A stretch of DNA of 64,000 nt, from the NCBI GenBank assembly GCA_963835065.1, contig CAWIEK010000002.1, forward strand, positions 175,248-239,247, in the 5' to 3' direction. The notes under the pieces are model-generated. The model ran no database searches, was not told the origin of the DNA, and saw only the letters and a program-made list of their open reading frames with translations. The DNA is from an uncultured Chthonomonadaceae bacterium. Lineage in GTDB: Bacteria > Armatimonadota > Chthonomonadetes > Chthonomonadales > Chthonomonadaceae. The position numbers and the translations under genes are program-made. Position 1 is the stretch's first letter, and each line of letters opens with the position of its first letter. This document shows positions 31,013 to 42,320 of the stretch, one piece after another.

Positions 31013-31792
31013 ATGATGCCGGAATCTCCAATGACGGAAGCGCATAAACGCGCGTTGATCGTGGCGTACTATCTGTCCCGCTTTGACCGCAAAGGGGTTC
31101 GCGCGCTTGGGTACGCGACGGCGCTGGAGGCTTTTGAGGAGATCGGCAAGGCGTTGGGCGTGAAAACAGCCACCATCAAGCACATGCGCGACTCGTTCGA
31201 TCCCTACTGCTCGCAGGTGCGCGTCGGCTGGTATCAGCGGCCCATTCTGCGTTCCCGCGCCAATGTCATACAAGCCTACGATGAGACAAGCGAAGCGGCA
31301 ATGGCGGAGATCGTGCGCGAGTTGCTGAACGGCAACGCGGCAGAGGTTGAGCCGTACATTGCCCCGGTGAGCGAAGTCGGGGTCGGGGCGGAACTGACGC
31401 TTGACGATGAGAACGCTTACGCCGCCCGGTTGCGAACGGGTGAGACTGCCGAAACCTTCTTCATGCAGCAGTTTCCCACGCTGACGATGTTTCAGGGCAG
31501 CAGGCTGGAAGACACGCGCAAGTTCGGCATCGGTTTCGATTTCCGCGCTTCGTTTCCGCAATCGTACCGGGCTATCGAAGTGAAGGGCGTCCGCGAAGCG
31601 CATGGCTACATCTCCTTCACGGATAAAGAATGGTCGGTAGCGCAGTTGATGAGCGACAACTACGTTCTGGCTCTGGTTCGCGCATTGGACACAAAGCCCC
31701 TGTTGGAGTTGGTTCCCAATCCCTGCCAACACATTCCCGTCAAAATGCGAACCATCGAATCCGTTTCCGTCTGCTGGAACGCGAAAGTGTGA
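31013..31792 (+). CDS. DUF3883 (NOV-C) PD-(D/E)xK nuclease-like protein
   Basis: G..AE; GFDF...IEVKG; FTDKEW...YVLALV. N-terminal RDSFDP...RVGW.QRP. Confidence 0.78.
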   Translation: MMPESPMTEAHKRALIVAYYLSRFDRKGVRALGYATALEAFEEIGKALGVKTATIKHMRDSFDPYCSQVRVGWYQRPILRSRANVIQAYDETSEAAMAEIVRELLNGNAAEVEPYIAPVSEVGVGAELTLDDENAYAARLRTGETAETFFMQQFPTLTMFQGSRLEDTRKFGIGFDFRASFPQSYRAIEVKGVREAHGYISFTDKEWSVAQLMSDNYVLALVRALDTKPLLELVPNPCQHIPVKMRTIESVSVCWNAKV

Positions 31793-32029
31793 GCCTGCTT
31801 ACTCCTCCGAAACATTCTTCAATAGAATTGTCCGTTTTTGTGAGGAAATTTCCGAAAATATATTTCTTCTGTCTGGTACTATTTTCGTTAGATGTGTGTC
31901 AGATTACATAAAGGAAAATTCATACTTTACGGCGATGGAATATGCCTCACTTGGAGCGGAAGAAGCAAATGAACGGTGGCAACTTGGATCGGAGAAATGT
32001 CATATAACAAACTTTAAAATACAATTTTG

Positions 32030-33975
32030 TTATATGATTTTGTAACCTATCCGCTCCTCCCAAAAATCAGCATCTAATAGTGAGTAGTCAAATAGGTCAT
32101 CTCTGTGATTAAGTTCAGGTTTATAACTTTCAAGCATGCTTTGGATATCCGCCAATAACTGAATCACTTTAACGTTTCGTTTATTGCTTGCGTTCAAGCG
32201 GTAGTAGTTATTGCTTTCTCCATCTATGGCTACCAATCCTTTAGTGATACAATCCTCGAAACTTCGGCCTTCAAACGGATTATACTGATTTCCTCGACCA
32301 TGAAGATGGAAAAACAGGAACTTGGCGTAGTCACTTCTACTAACTCCTGCTGTGTCGATCAGGTCTTTCAATTCTTGTATTCTGCTCATAATAGCATTCC
32401 ATGAATCTTCACCTTCTAATACTTCTTTAGAATCTGTTGCTTCAGCGGGAACTATTATATGAGTTTGTTCCTGCAAAGACAACTTTGTTGGATTTATGGA
32501 GAAAGAACTCTTGTGAGGTAACCCCTGCTCTTGATGGAATTAGAACAGTGCAAATGAAGGCATAAGTAAATGCAGCAGCTGATTGACAGGCATACGCTGT
32601 CCAACCACCATGACGTTTGAAGCCTACAATGTCACTGATGCCTCGGATTGCGAGTACAGGGTACTCTTTTTGCATCCGGCGGGCGGCGAGGTAAACCCCG
32701 CCTAATTCCATCTCAACATTCACGACTTGCCGAGCCGTCTCTCGCCATTGTTGAAGAGTTTGAGAATCTTTGAGAAGGGTATTGCTTGTTGCGGTAACAC
32801 CAACTGTTACTAAAGGAGGGCGAGCAGAAGCCGATGTTCCAAAATGCCTCGTCAGAGAATGCTCAACTTTTTTCTTCCAATCTTCATCTCCGTAAAAATT
32901 ATTCGGAAGTAGCTCCACTAACGGTTTAGCCATTCCTATAGATTGTTCTGAATTCCACGATCCTAATCTATCGTTAAGAGCAGGTATCAGCATAAGGCAA
33001 TCTAGAACTTTTCGGTGAGTTGGTCCGCCGCTACTTGCATATTCATTAGGCTTACCTTCGTGGACAGCACTGACACTAAAGTCAATTAGTCGAGATGCGG
33101 CAACAACATCTCCCAAGGTAAACTCTTCCGCAGGTACACCACCAGCGATGCCGACTAGAATCAGCCACTGAGGATCAAGGTCTTCTATGATGTCTCTAGC
33201 AACATCTTGGCTATGTCCCTGTCCTTGCTCAAAGCTACGAACTATTGCTACTAAGTAGTAGTCGTCGTTTGACAAAGGCACTTGGCTGATTATGTAGCTG
33301 CGGTGTTCCCCATGATGAAAGCTTCGATCTGGAAATCGATCTAGCACAGCTATGTACTCATCTTCGCGAACAGTAATAATCGCAAAGTCTATCTTGCTTT
33401 TCAAACCATTCTCGTTTGTCATGAGATTTTGTTTCTGCTCGTCGTCTTGCAAGGTGATAATTTCTTGTTCGACATCTTAGGCGCTCTAATGCAAACTCCG
33501 CCGCGCCCACCAAGGCTCGAACTCCTACTTCTTCTTTACGATGGTTCAACATTTGCTGAACAGCAGATACAAAGGCATCACGTTCCTCCGACCTTAGTTC
33601 AGCTTGAACTAATACTCTTGCAATCTCTGCCTGTTTGTCTAGTAGCCGTCTCTGGCGTGGGCGAACCTTTTTTGTGATTGACCGCTTTGCAGTTGATCTT
33701 TTGTAACTGACAAACTCAATTACAATACCGTTCGTCAGCCTGCCGATAGTGAACCAGCAAGATAAATGGTGAGAATACTTTTCAAGATGCTCTTGAGCGT
33801 GTTGAATGTACTGAGCAACATTCCCGTTTTCTGGCGGCCAATTAATGTTCAAACATGCCGAAAACTCGGCCAATGTAATGTTGCTGTTCGGACAGCTTAT
33901 ACCTGATTCCCAATTAGCAATTTCCCAGCCAGCCATGAATGTTGAACGAAAACTTAGAGGTTCCGTTTGAGACAC
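32030..33975 (-). CDS. PNP/MTA-SAH nucleosidase domain protein; three overlapping ORFs (33975-33358, 33452-32442, 32482-32030), possibly one frameshifted gene
   Basis: AIITVREDE, ILVGIAGG, LGDVV, VEMELGG, IRGISD in the middle ORF; AT-rich. Confidence 0.75.
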
Positions 33976-34370
33976 TTCTTCTATCCTTATGATGGAAATT
34001 CGATGAACTCTATGCTTTTAGTTCTGCTGCCCCAATTATGGGGATTACGTTCTGTAAGCGGACTGAGACTGCCGGAACGCAGTTCCTCTTCTGACATCCC
34101 CTTGTAATCATTATAACCGCAATATGGGATTTTGCGCCATCCCAATAGAATTCCAGCCAGATGTTTTTGGCTGAAGCGGCAATCCTGTATTGGTATGCCC
34201 CACACAAATAGCTGCGCCGTATGCGCCTCGCAGCCTGTCACCCAATGGCGAAGAATTCAACACTAATGGCGCATTCTCCTGCACAGAAACCGAACTTGTT
34301 TTAGCTGCTGTTGTATTTTCTCTGTCCTCCGCCTTCTCCGTGGTTTCACTCTTCCCTGACCGGGCGTGTC

Positions 34371-34399
34371 TTGACGAAATAGGCCAGAACAGGCATAAT
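34371..34399 (+). promoter_or_regulatory. Sigma70-like promoter, probably giving a leaderless toxin mRNA
   Basis: TTGACG-N17-CATAAT; ATG at 34406 with no SD. Confidence 0.6.
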
Positions 34400-34405
34400 A
34401 GACGT

Positions 34406-34852
34406 ATGGAAGAAGATGTCGCCAGGCCGGTCGAATGGCTGAGTTCCACTCAAAAGGACTTGAACGCTTTGCCGATGAGAGTAAAGCGCGTTTTCGGTTA
34501 CGCGCTTTATCTCGCGCAAACCGGCGGCAAGCATGAAGATGCTAAACCATTACGAGGGTTCAGCGGGGCAGGCGTTCTGGAGGTGGTGGAACGTCACGAT
34601 GGCGATACGTACCGGGAAGTTTACACCGTCCGCTTTGAGGAAGCCGTGTATGTGCTGCATGTATTTCAAAAGAAAGCGACGAGAGGCATTGAAACTCCAC
34701 AGCGCGACATAGATTTAATTCACGAGCGATTGCAGCAGGCCGAGCAAAAACATGCCGCATACCTGGAGCAGCAGGCAAAAGAGCGGACACAAGCGCAACA
34801 GGCAACAGGACCGCAACCCCCTTCGCGCAAACAGAAAGGAACACAATCATGA
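34406..34852 (+). CDS. RelE/ParE superfamily toxin (Gp49/DUF891, HigB-like)
   Basis: FGYALYLAQ.G, GVLEVVE, YTVRF..AVYVLHVFQKK. Confidence 0.85.
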   Translation: MEEDVARPVEWLSSTQKDLNALPMRVKRVFGYALYLAQTGGKHEDAKPLRGFSGAGVLEVVERHDGDTYREVYTVRFEEAVYVLHVFQKKATRGIETPQRDIDLIHERLQQAEQKHAAYLEQQAKERTQAQQATGPQPPSRKQKGTQS

Positions 34853-35142
34853 GCCACAATGTTTTTGCGGATATAGGTATGCCCCATCCACAGCAGGAGT
34901 TGACCAAAGCGCGTCTTGTAGCCTGCCTGGGACGATTGATTGCCGCCAAAGGCTTGAGCCAGAAGGAGGCCGCGCAACGGTTGGGCATTGACCAGCCGAA
35001 GGTATCGGCTCTGTTGCGTGGGGAGTGGGAGGGTTATTCAACAGATCGCCTGCTGCGTTTTTTGAACGCTCTTGACCGCGAAGTACGTATTGTGGTAGGG
35101 GAACAAGACGCCCCAAACGCGCAAACCATCGTGATTGGTTGA
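34849..35142 (+). CDS. XRE-family HTH antitoxin (HigA-like)
   Basis: NVFADIG, LSQKEAAQRLGIDQPKVSALLRG, STDRL; ATGA overlap with the toxin. Confidence 0.88.
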   Translation: MSHNVFADIGMPHPQQELTKARLVACLGRLIAAKGLSQKEAAQRLGIDQPKVSALLRGEWEGYSTDRLLRFLNALDREVRIVVGEQDAPNAQTIVIG

Positions 35143-35372
35143 ACTTCAACCGGCAGATCTCGAGTATCTCTCCTTTTCTTCCACATGGTTTCACTTCTTC
35201 AGCAGTTCGGTCACAGTCAGGGACATGGCGGGCAAAAACATTCTTCAATAAAATCGTCCGTCTTTGTAATAGATTTCCAAAATAACTTTTGCATTGGTCA
35301 GTTTTTGCAGGATTTTGCCTGCATTTGTGGAATCACTAAGGCATAGTCGGGTATGTGGGAAAGGATAGACAT

Positions 35373-36908
35373 GTGAGTGATACCAAACTTACGCGCCGCG
35401 CGCTGCTCCAGTCGGGTACGGCGGCGGCTCTGGCGGGTCATTCTTTGGCGGCGTCGGGAGAGACTCCCCAGGGCCGCGCCGCCAGTGCCGGATTCCAAAA
35501 TCCGCTTTTCGCCGGTGATTACGCCGACCCTTCGATTTTGCGTGTGGGCAAGGATTTTTATCTCACGCACACCACCTATCGCTATTCGCCGGGGTTGGTA
35601 GTCTGGCACTCGCGCGATCTGGTTAACTGGCTGCCGATTTCCAGCGCGCTCCCCCACCTTTCTGGCGTAGGCGAAGTGTGGGCACCGGACTTCGTTGAGC
35701 ATCAGGGGCGCTATTACATCTACTATCCCCAGAATGGGCGCTTGTTCGTGGCGCATACCACAAACCCACGCGGAGCCTGGAGTACCCCGCTTGATCTGGG
35801 AATCAATAGCATTGATCCGGGGCACGTTGTCGCGCCGGATGGAACGCGCTACCTGTATTTTGGCGGGGGCGAAGTCATTCAGTTGAGCGCCGACGGCCTG
35901 GCAACGGTAGGCGAGAAACGGCGCGCTTACGAGGGCTGGCGGTTTCCCGGAGATTGGAAGACCGAAGGGTTCTGGCTGGAAAGCTGTAAGCTGACCCGGC
36001 GTAACGACTTCTACTATCTGACTTGCGCCGAAGGCGGCACCAGCGGCCCGCCCACCAGTCACATGGCGGTGGTAGCGCGCTCGAAATCGCCCCTGGGACC
36101 CTGGGAGAACTCGCCCTATAATCCGCTAATTCACACGTACAGCGCAGACGAAAGTTGGTGGTCCATCGGGCACGGCACACTCGTTTCAACGCCCGATGAC
36201 CGCTGGTACTTCGTTTATCATGGCTACCGAAATGGCTTCCAGACGCTGGGGCGTCACATCCTCATGGAACCGGTTGAATGGACAGCCGATGGTTGGCCGC
36301 GCGCGCCAATGGGTGTTCGCCGCGATCAGCCGATGCCCGCTCCGATGGGCGTGGCGCAGCGTCCGATGATCCCCTTGTCCGATGACTTTCGCGCGCCGCG
36401 CCTGAAGGCCACCTGGGGCGCGTGGGACGAAACCGATCTGAGCCGTTTCCAGGTGGGCAGAGGCGCGCTTGTGGTTCGGGGCAAAGGTCAGACGCCGGGC
36501 AAGAGTTCGCCGCTCACCGTGATGGCGCGCGACGCGAGTTATGAGGTACAGGTGGTGGTGACGCCGGAAAACGACGGCGCGGGGGCGCTGGGCTTGTTTT
36601 ACAATCCCAACAACGGGGTGTTTGCCGAACTCAAGGGTGGCCGATTGCGCGTTTATGGAGCCAGCGAAACCCTGGCGGATCGGGAGTGGAAGGCAAGCGC
36701 GGCGCACCTGAAAATCATCAACCGTCGCCATTCGGTTGAGTTTATGGCCGCTGAAAACGGCCGCGACTGGCAAAGTTTAGTCGCCGGTTTCGATGCGTCG
36801 GGCTTCAAAACCAACGTCCTGCACGGCTTTCAGGCTCTACGCCCCGCGCTGGCGGCGAGTGGCGGGGGTGAAGCGCGCTTCACCACATTCAATTACCGCG
36901 CACTGTAA
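35373..36908 (+). CDS. GH43 beta-xylosidase/arabinofuranosidase with Tat signal
   Basis: TRRALL; DPSILRVG, WAPD, IDPG, GHGTLV; C-terminal beta-sandwich. Confidence 0.9.
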   Translation: MSDTKLTRRALLQSGTAAALAGHSLAASGETPQGRAASAGFQNPLFAGDYADPSILRVGKDFYLTHTTYRYSPGLVVWHSRDLVNWLPISSALPHLSGVGEVWAPDFVEHQGRYYIYYPQNGRLFVAHTTNPRGAWSTPLDLGINSIDPGHVVAPDGTRYLYFGGGEVIQLSADGLATVGEKRRAYEGWRFPGDWKTEGFWLESCKLTRRNDFYYLTCAEGGTSGPPTSHMAVVARSKSPLGPWENSPYNPLIHTYSADESWWSIGHGTLVSTPDDRWYFVYHGYRNGFQTLGRHILMEPVEWTADGWPRAPMGVRRDQPMPAPMGVAQRPMIPLSDDFRAPRLKATWGAWDETDLSRFQVGRGALVVRGKGQTPGKSSPLTVMARDASYEVQVVVTPENDGAGALGLFYNPNNGVFAELKGGRLRVYGASETLADREWKASAAHLKIINRRHSVEFMAAENGRDWQSLVAGFDASGFKTNVLHGFQALRPALAASGGGEARFTTFNYRAL

Positions 36909-36971
36909 GTCGCCTCCGGTCGAAGACGCTTCCCGAACACACCGCGACCCGACACGTCACGAAAAACAATC

Positions 36972-39900
36972 ATGAAAATTCGACCTCACATATTTCTCCT
37001 GCCGCTGCTCCTCGTCGCGCTCGCATGTCGCGTGTCCGCGCAGGATGTCGGGCGCGTCTCGCCCGCGTCTCTCCCGATGCCGTTGCCGACCGCCGCGCCG
37101 ATGCCGCCTGACCGGCTGCGCGCTCACAACCCGTGGAACCTGCCGATGACCGGCGCCTGGCGTTTTCAACTGGCCTACGGGCGCATCACGGCCGGGCAGT
37201 TCCAGCCTTCCGCTCCCGTCTCACATGCGCTCACGGCCTCGACCAGTCAGACCGAAAACCCGCCCCGGAACGCGTTCGACGGCGACCCCGACACGCGCTG
37301 GTGCGCCAGCAGCGGCGACTACCCGCAGTGGCTTCAGGCGGACCTGGGGCAGAAGCGGCGCGTTTCCGGCGCGACCTTGATCTGGGAGTATCCGGGAGAC
37401 CACTACGAATGCCGCATTGAAGGGCGCAATGAGGGCGGGAAATGGACGACGCTGGCGGACGCGACCGCCGCGCCGGGACTCGGCGACGGCCCCGTCGCGG
37501 TGGCACCCGCCGATGTCCGCTATGTCCGCATCACGGTGACAGGCACCTCCGGCGAACACTGGGCCTCGCTTCGGGAGTTCCAAATTCGGACCACTGAAAA
37601 CGGTCAGGAAGTCGCCTGGCGCCCCCCCGCCCCGGAGCCTGTCAATGCGAATGTGTCGGCGGCTCTGGACGCGTTCGCCTCGACCGGCTTCGACGATTCC
37701 GCGTGGCATGCTCTGCCCGTGCCGTCCAACTGGGAGATGTACGGCTACTCACTGCCGACCTATAACGCCGTGGACAATACCGTTGGGCTGTATCGGCGTT
37801 GGGTCACGATCCCGGCATCCTGGGCCGGCAGGCGCATTTACTGGCACTTCGATGGCGCGCTGGACGGCGCGGAGGTGTTTGTCAACGGTCAGAAGGCCGG
37901 CTACCATGAGAGCGGCTACACCGCCTGGGACATTGACCTGACGGGGATGCTCAAGCCTGGTCAGCGCAACCTGTTCGCCGCGCGTATCTGCAAACAGACC
38001 CCCTCGGTTGACTGCGACACCGGTGACTACCAGACGATGGGGGGCATTTATCGGGACACGTCCCTGATCGCCGTCCCGGAGACGCGCGTCTCCGATATTA
38101 TTGTGCGGACGCCGCTGGCCGCAAACTACAAAGATGCAACGCTGTTCACTCAGTTAAGCGTCCGGGGGACGCCGGGCCAGACGGTTGCTGTGACCGGCGC
38201 GTTGATGTACGTCAATGGGCGTCCGGCGGGAGTGAGTCTCTCCGGCGCAGGGCGAATCCAGGCCGATGGGACAGCGCAGATCATGATGAGCGCCCCGGTG
38301 AAAGCGCCCGCCCTCTGGTCGGCAGAGAAGCCGAACCTGTATTATGTGGTTTTCTCGATGACCGCTGAGGGAAAACCCATCGAACGCGTCGAGGAGCGGT
38401 TCGGGTTCAAACAGATCGAGATCAAAAACAATGTCGTGCTGTGGAACGGGATGCCAATCAAATGCACCGGCGTCTGCCGCCACGATTTCTGGGCCGACAA
38501 AGGGTTTGCGCTCACCGAAGCCAACTGGGTCAAAGACCTGACGCTGATGAAGGCCGCCAACATCAACGCGGTGCGAACCAGCCATTACAACCATGCCGCC
38601 CGGTTCCTCGAACTGTGCGACGAAAAGGGCATGTACATTCTCGATGAGGTTCCCTACTGTTGGATCAATGACCAGGTGAAGGACCTTAAATACGCGCCAT
38701 ACCTCTTGCAGCGCGCCCAGGAGACCGTGGCGCGGGACAAGAACCGGCCCTGCGTCCTGGCCTGGAGCCTGGGCAATGAAAACCCCTACGGCATTGACTC
38801 GCAGATGGCTTCGGACCTGATTGGCAAGGCCGATCCGACCCGTCCGAGGTTCGTCTCGGGGCAGAACCCTGAGAGCATCAAGGGCCAGCCCTGGCAGGAT
38901 GACCACTACCCCGGCCCGGATTCCATTGATCGCTATGCCAGGGACGCGCGGTGGGGCGAAAACATCACGGAACACCCACACACGTTCTACGAGAAGGAGG
39001 TTCAGGACTACGATCCCGGCGCGTCTGATCTCTGGTCCGAGACTCTCATCAAAACCTGGGACAAGCTGTGGAAGGCCCCGAACATCCTCGGCTCGTTCAT
39101 CTGGGAGTGGCAGAACCAGGGCATTGCTGACAAGAACGCCGACACGACGACCGACTTCTGGTATGACCCGAACCATCTGCGCCAGGAGAACAACAAGGGG
39201 GTCGTGACCGCGTATCGCGTTCCGAAGCCCGAATGGTGGATCGTCAAGAGCGCCTACAGCCCGGTCGCCGTCACGGCTCGCACCGTCAGCCCTATGCGCG
39301 GTGTCTGCGCGGTCCCCATCACGAACCACTACTCGTTCACGGATTTGAAAGAGCTGACCTGCCGCTGGAGCGCGCTGAGCGGGGGCACGAAGCTACAAGG
39401 CGGCGTCTCTCACATCGTCTGTGGGCCGCTGCAGTCCGTGACGGCGTCGTTCCCGGCCCCGACCGGCATGACGGCGCTGCGGCTGGAGTTCCTCCACCCG
39501 GACGGTGCCTCCATAATCGCGTTCAATCTCCGCGTGGAGGGCATTCCCCTTCCCGCCGCGCCCGACGCCATGGCTGCGGGCGGCGCGTTGACCACGCAGA
39601 ACGGCCCGGACACGCTCACGGTCAGCAACTCCGTCCAGCAGATCGCGTTCGACACCCGCGCCGGAACCCTCCGGTCCTGGCGCGTCAACGGGCGGGATGT
39701 GCTGCTGGGCGGCCCGATCCTCAATCTGGGCGAGGCGAAGGCCGGCAGCGAGCGGGGAATGTACCACACCAAGCAACCCCCGGTCACGAACGATGCTCAC
39801 GTCATGGCGACGCCGGGGGCGGGCGGGGCGGTACATGTCGCTGTGACCAGCACCGTCCTTGCGACGGCGGGCGGCCCCACGCTCGGCACACTGACCACGA

Positions 39901-40385
39901 CCTATGACCTCAAGCCTGATGCCGAGATGAGGGTCGCCTGGACCCTGAACTGGACCGCGTTGAACATCGGCCTGTGGGAAGAGGGCGTCCGGTTCTTGCT
40001 GCCGCCGGGGATGACCCGGACAGCCTGGCTGCGCGACTCGTACTTCACCGACTACCCCGCCGGGCACCTCGGCGAACCGTCGGGAACGGCGCGGGCAGGC
40101 GACACCCTGTTCCGCGCCGCAAAGCGCGGCCTGCACTGGATGACGCTCTTGGACAGCAGCGGCGTGGGCCTCGCGCTGCTGCCAACGGACGTTCCGCTGG
40201 TGGGCCGCGCCGAGACGACCACGACCGGCACGATTTTGTTTGCCAGCCGCGAGGTTGCCGGCCCCCATGGACTCAGCGGCTCCTGGGTGGCCGACCACGC
40301 GATCCATGCCGTCAACGGGCAATCGCTCACCGGCGCGTTCACCCTCCGCGCGGTCCATGCGCCTGCCAGGACCGCGCAGCACTGA
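36972..40385 (+). CDS. GH2 beta-galactosidase-like protein with inserted F5/8 type C (CBM32) domain
   Basis: AFDGDPDTRW..WLQADLG; GVCRH, NINAVRTSHY, WSLGNE. Confidence 0.9.
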   Translation: MKIRPHIFLLPLLLVALACRVSAQDVGRVSPASLPMPLPTAAPMPPDRLRAHNPWNLPMTGAWRFQLAYGRITAGQFQPSAPVSHALTASTSQTENPPRNAFDGDPDTRWCASSGDYPQWLQADLGQKRRVSGATLIWEYPGDHYECRIEGRNEGGKWTTLADATAAPGLGDGPVAVAPADVRYVRITVTGTSGEHWASLREFQIRTTENGQEVAWRPPAPEPVNANVSAALDAFASTGFDDSAWHALPVPSNWEMYGYSLPTYNAVDNTVGLYRRWVTIPASWAGRRIYWHFDGALDGAEVFVNGQKAGYHESGYTAWDIDLTGMLKPGQRNLFAARICKQTPSVDCDTGDYQTMGGIYRDTSLIAVPETRVSDIIVRTPLAANYKDATLFTQLSVRGTPGQTVAVTGALMYVNGRPAGVSLSGAGRIQADGTAQIMMSAPVKAPALWSAEKPNLYYVVFSMTAEGKPIERVEERFGFKQIEIKNNVVLWNGMPIKCTGVCRHDFWADKGFALTEANWVKDLTLMKAANINAVRTSHYNHAARFLELCDEKGMYILDEVPYCWINDQVKDLKYAPYLLQRAQETVARDKNRPCVLAWSLGNENPYGIDSQMASDLIGKADPTRPRFVSGQNPESIKGQPWQDDHYPGPDSIDRYARDARWGENITEHPHTFYEKEVQDYDPGASDLWSETLIKTWDKLWKAPNILGSFIWEWQNQGIADKNADTTTDFWYDPNHLRQENNKGVVTAYRVPKPEWWIVKSAYSPVAVTARTVSPMRGVCAVPITNHYSFTDLKELTCRWSALSGGTKLQGGVSHIVCGPLQSVTASFPAPTGMTALRLEFLHPDGASIIAFNLRVEGIPLPAAPDAMAAGGALTTQNGPDTLTVSNSVQQIAFDTRAGTLRSWRVNGRDVLLGGPILNLGEAKAGSERGMYHTKQPPVTNDAHVMATPGAGGAVHVAVTSTVLATAGGPTLGTLTTTYDLKPDAEMRVAWTLNWTALNIGLWEEGVRFLLPPGMTRTAWLRDSYFTDYPAGHLGEPSGTARAGDTLFRAAKRGLHWMTLLDSSGVGLALLPTDVPLVGRAETTTTGTILFASREVAGPHGLSGSWVADHAIHAVNGQSLTGAFTLRAVHAPARTAQH

Positions 40386-40617
40386 AGCCGCTGCTGCAAT
40401 CACCGCGGGCACAAAGCGCCAATTTCCCGGTCGGGATCAGCGGGACCAAAATAAAGTTCCTTGCTGGCGGTGAGCCTGATCACAGGAAAATGGGTGAATG
40501 TGATTACCTGAATGAGTGAGAGGTCCAGAAGAATCACTGCGTTGTCGCTTTCTGTTGTAGCCGCGATGGTATAATGAGAGGAAACGCGCCCCATCAAGCA
40601 AAAGGACGTTTGAGACA

Positions 40618-41019
40618 ATGGCGACAATTTCCGTACAGGCAAAATTGACGAGCGAGGATTTGCTGAACGCTTTGGCGCAGCTCGATACGCGCGAAGCAGA
40701 ACACCTTTTGCGGCGATGGCAGCAGCTATTGGCGCAGCGCAAAGTGCCGTCTGTGCCGCAGCGGGAGGCGGAATTGCTCCAGTTCATTGCGCGGGAAAAG
40801 CGGGCAGGGTTCGCGGAGCGGTTCGCCGAACTGCAAGCCAAACGCCGCGCTTTCATGCTCACGCCGGACGAGCAGGATGAACTGATTGCCCTCAGCGATG
40901 AAGCCGAAGCCTTCGATGTCGAACGCCTGAGAGCCTTGTCGGAACTCGCCCAACTTCGGCAGATTTCCGTACCGCGCCTGATGAAGCAACTCGGCTTGAA
41001 GGCTCCTCCCGTTGTCTGA
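40618..41019 (+). CDS. Hypothetical helical protein of the type often found upstream of HNH endonuclease genes
   Basis: LTPDEQDELIAL...ERLRALSELAQLR...LMKQLG; TGnTATAAT at 40567-40575. Confidence 0.7.
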   Translation: MATISVQAKLTSEDLLNALAQLDTREAEHLLRRWQQLLAQRKVPSVPQREAELLQFIAREKRAGFAERFAELQAKRRAFMLTPDEQDELIALSDEAEAFDVERLRALSELAQLRQISVPRLMKQLGLKAPPVV

Positions 41020-41272
41020 GTACATACCCACACTCCTGCGTCAGGTTGTCGAGCAGGGGGTAAAATGTCTGGTATTGCTTCAAAGTCAATGTTTCCGCAA
41101 ATGTATACTATCGGCAAAGGAAGCCTACGAGCGTCCCAACGAATTGAGTCTGGAAGTAGGCGACGCGCTGATACCCGGCAAGACCAACGTAATCGCCCTG
41201 CGCGTCAACACCAGTCTCAACCACGCCGCAGGGGGAGGACTGCAAGGCCGTGTCTTTCTCTACTCGCTATAG
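41012..41272 (+). pseudogene. Chimeric remnant: HNH-like N-terminus joined to a glycoside-hydrolase-like C-terminal fragment
   Basis: SEYIPTLLRQVVE start; PGKTNVIALRV...GGGLQGRVFL end. Confidence 0.4.
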
Positions 41273-41402
41273 CGCCACAGGCAAATTGCGTTTGGGAGGC
41301 CAAGCCGAAAAGGATTCCTGCTGTGAGACTAATACAGAGTAGGTGAAGGAAAGGCAAGACAGGAAATAGCAAGTCACATCACGCATCAAGGAGAATTTTC
41401 GT

Positions 41403-42320
41403 ATGACACTGTTGCCCTTTCGCACGGGACGCTGTGCGAGTTCCACTCTGAACGCCTTGTTAATTGTTCTCGCGTTGCTGCCGTCTGCCACCCTGACGTT
41501 TGCCGCGCCGCCTGCATCCACGCCGGATCAGGGGGCGAAGCACGATAACAAAGAGTACACGCTTGCCCGCACCTTCAAAGTCAAAGAGGTCAGCCGCTAC
41601 AAAGTGAAGGCGACGGTGAATCAGGACGACTCCCAAAGAGGCCACATCGAATATGTTACGAACATGGTCTACCACGAAATGACCAAAGAGATCAAACCCA
41701 ACGGGAGCGCCGTCCTTACGAGCGAGTTCGACTCAGCCAGCGTCAGGGTTAACGGGATGGACAGAAACCTGACCGGCTCCTTACCGACCATTACCGCAAC
41801 AATCGACAAGCAGGGACATGTACTGGACACCAAAATAGAAGGCAGTGACCCTATGATTACCCATATGGCGGCAGGCATGATATTCAATGTCGGGCAGCAA
41901 GGAGGCTTTTCCCCTGTCAAGCCAATCAAAGTCGGGGATACTTGGAAATTTGAGCAACCCGCCAAAGAGGACATCATTATGAAAGTGACGGGAACAGCGA
42001 CTTTTCTTGGTATGGACACCCTCAACGGGATGCAAACGTACAAGGTCAAAATGGTGAGCGAGAGCGAGACTACCATAGACCAACCCGAAAAGCCGGGGAA
42101 GAAGCTCAACTTCAAGATACATGGGGAGGGGATTATCAACTTCGACACGCTCTCCGGTAAAATGGTCAAAATGACGGACACTTTCACGTCCACGTTTACG
42201 TCTGATGGTATTGCGTCCGGCAAGATCACAAGGGAGATGATCGTCACGCTCGTTACGAGCGACGACAAAAACCCCAAGCCTAAAGAGTCCGGCGATAAAA
42301 CAGACAAGCCGAACAACTAA
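41403..42320 (+). CDS. Secreted hypothetical protein
   Basis: Signal peptide; beta-rich; PVKPIKVGDTW motif. Confidence 0.7.
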   Translation: MTLLPFRTGRCASSTLNALLIVLALLPSATLTFAAPPASTPDQGAKHDNKEYTLARTFKVKEVSRYKVKATVNQDDSQRGHIEYVTNMVYHEMTKEIKPNGSAVLTSEFDSASVRVNGMDRNLTGSLPTITATIDKQGHVLDTKIEGSDPMITHMAAGMIFNVGQQGGFSPVKPIKVGDTWKFEQPAKEDIIMKVTGTATFLGMDTLNGMQTYKVKMVSESETTIDQPEKPGKKLNFKIHGEGIINFDTLSGKMVKMTDTFTSTFTSDGIASGKITREMIVTLVTSDDKNPKPKESGDKTDKPNN

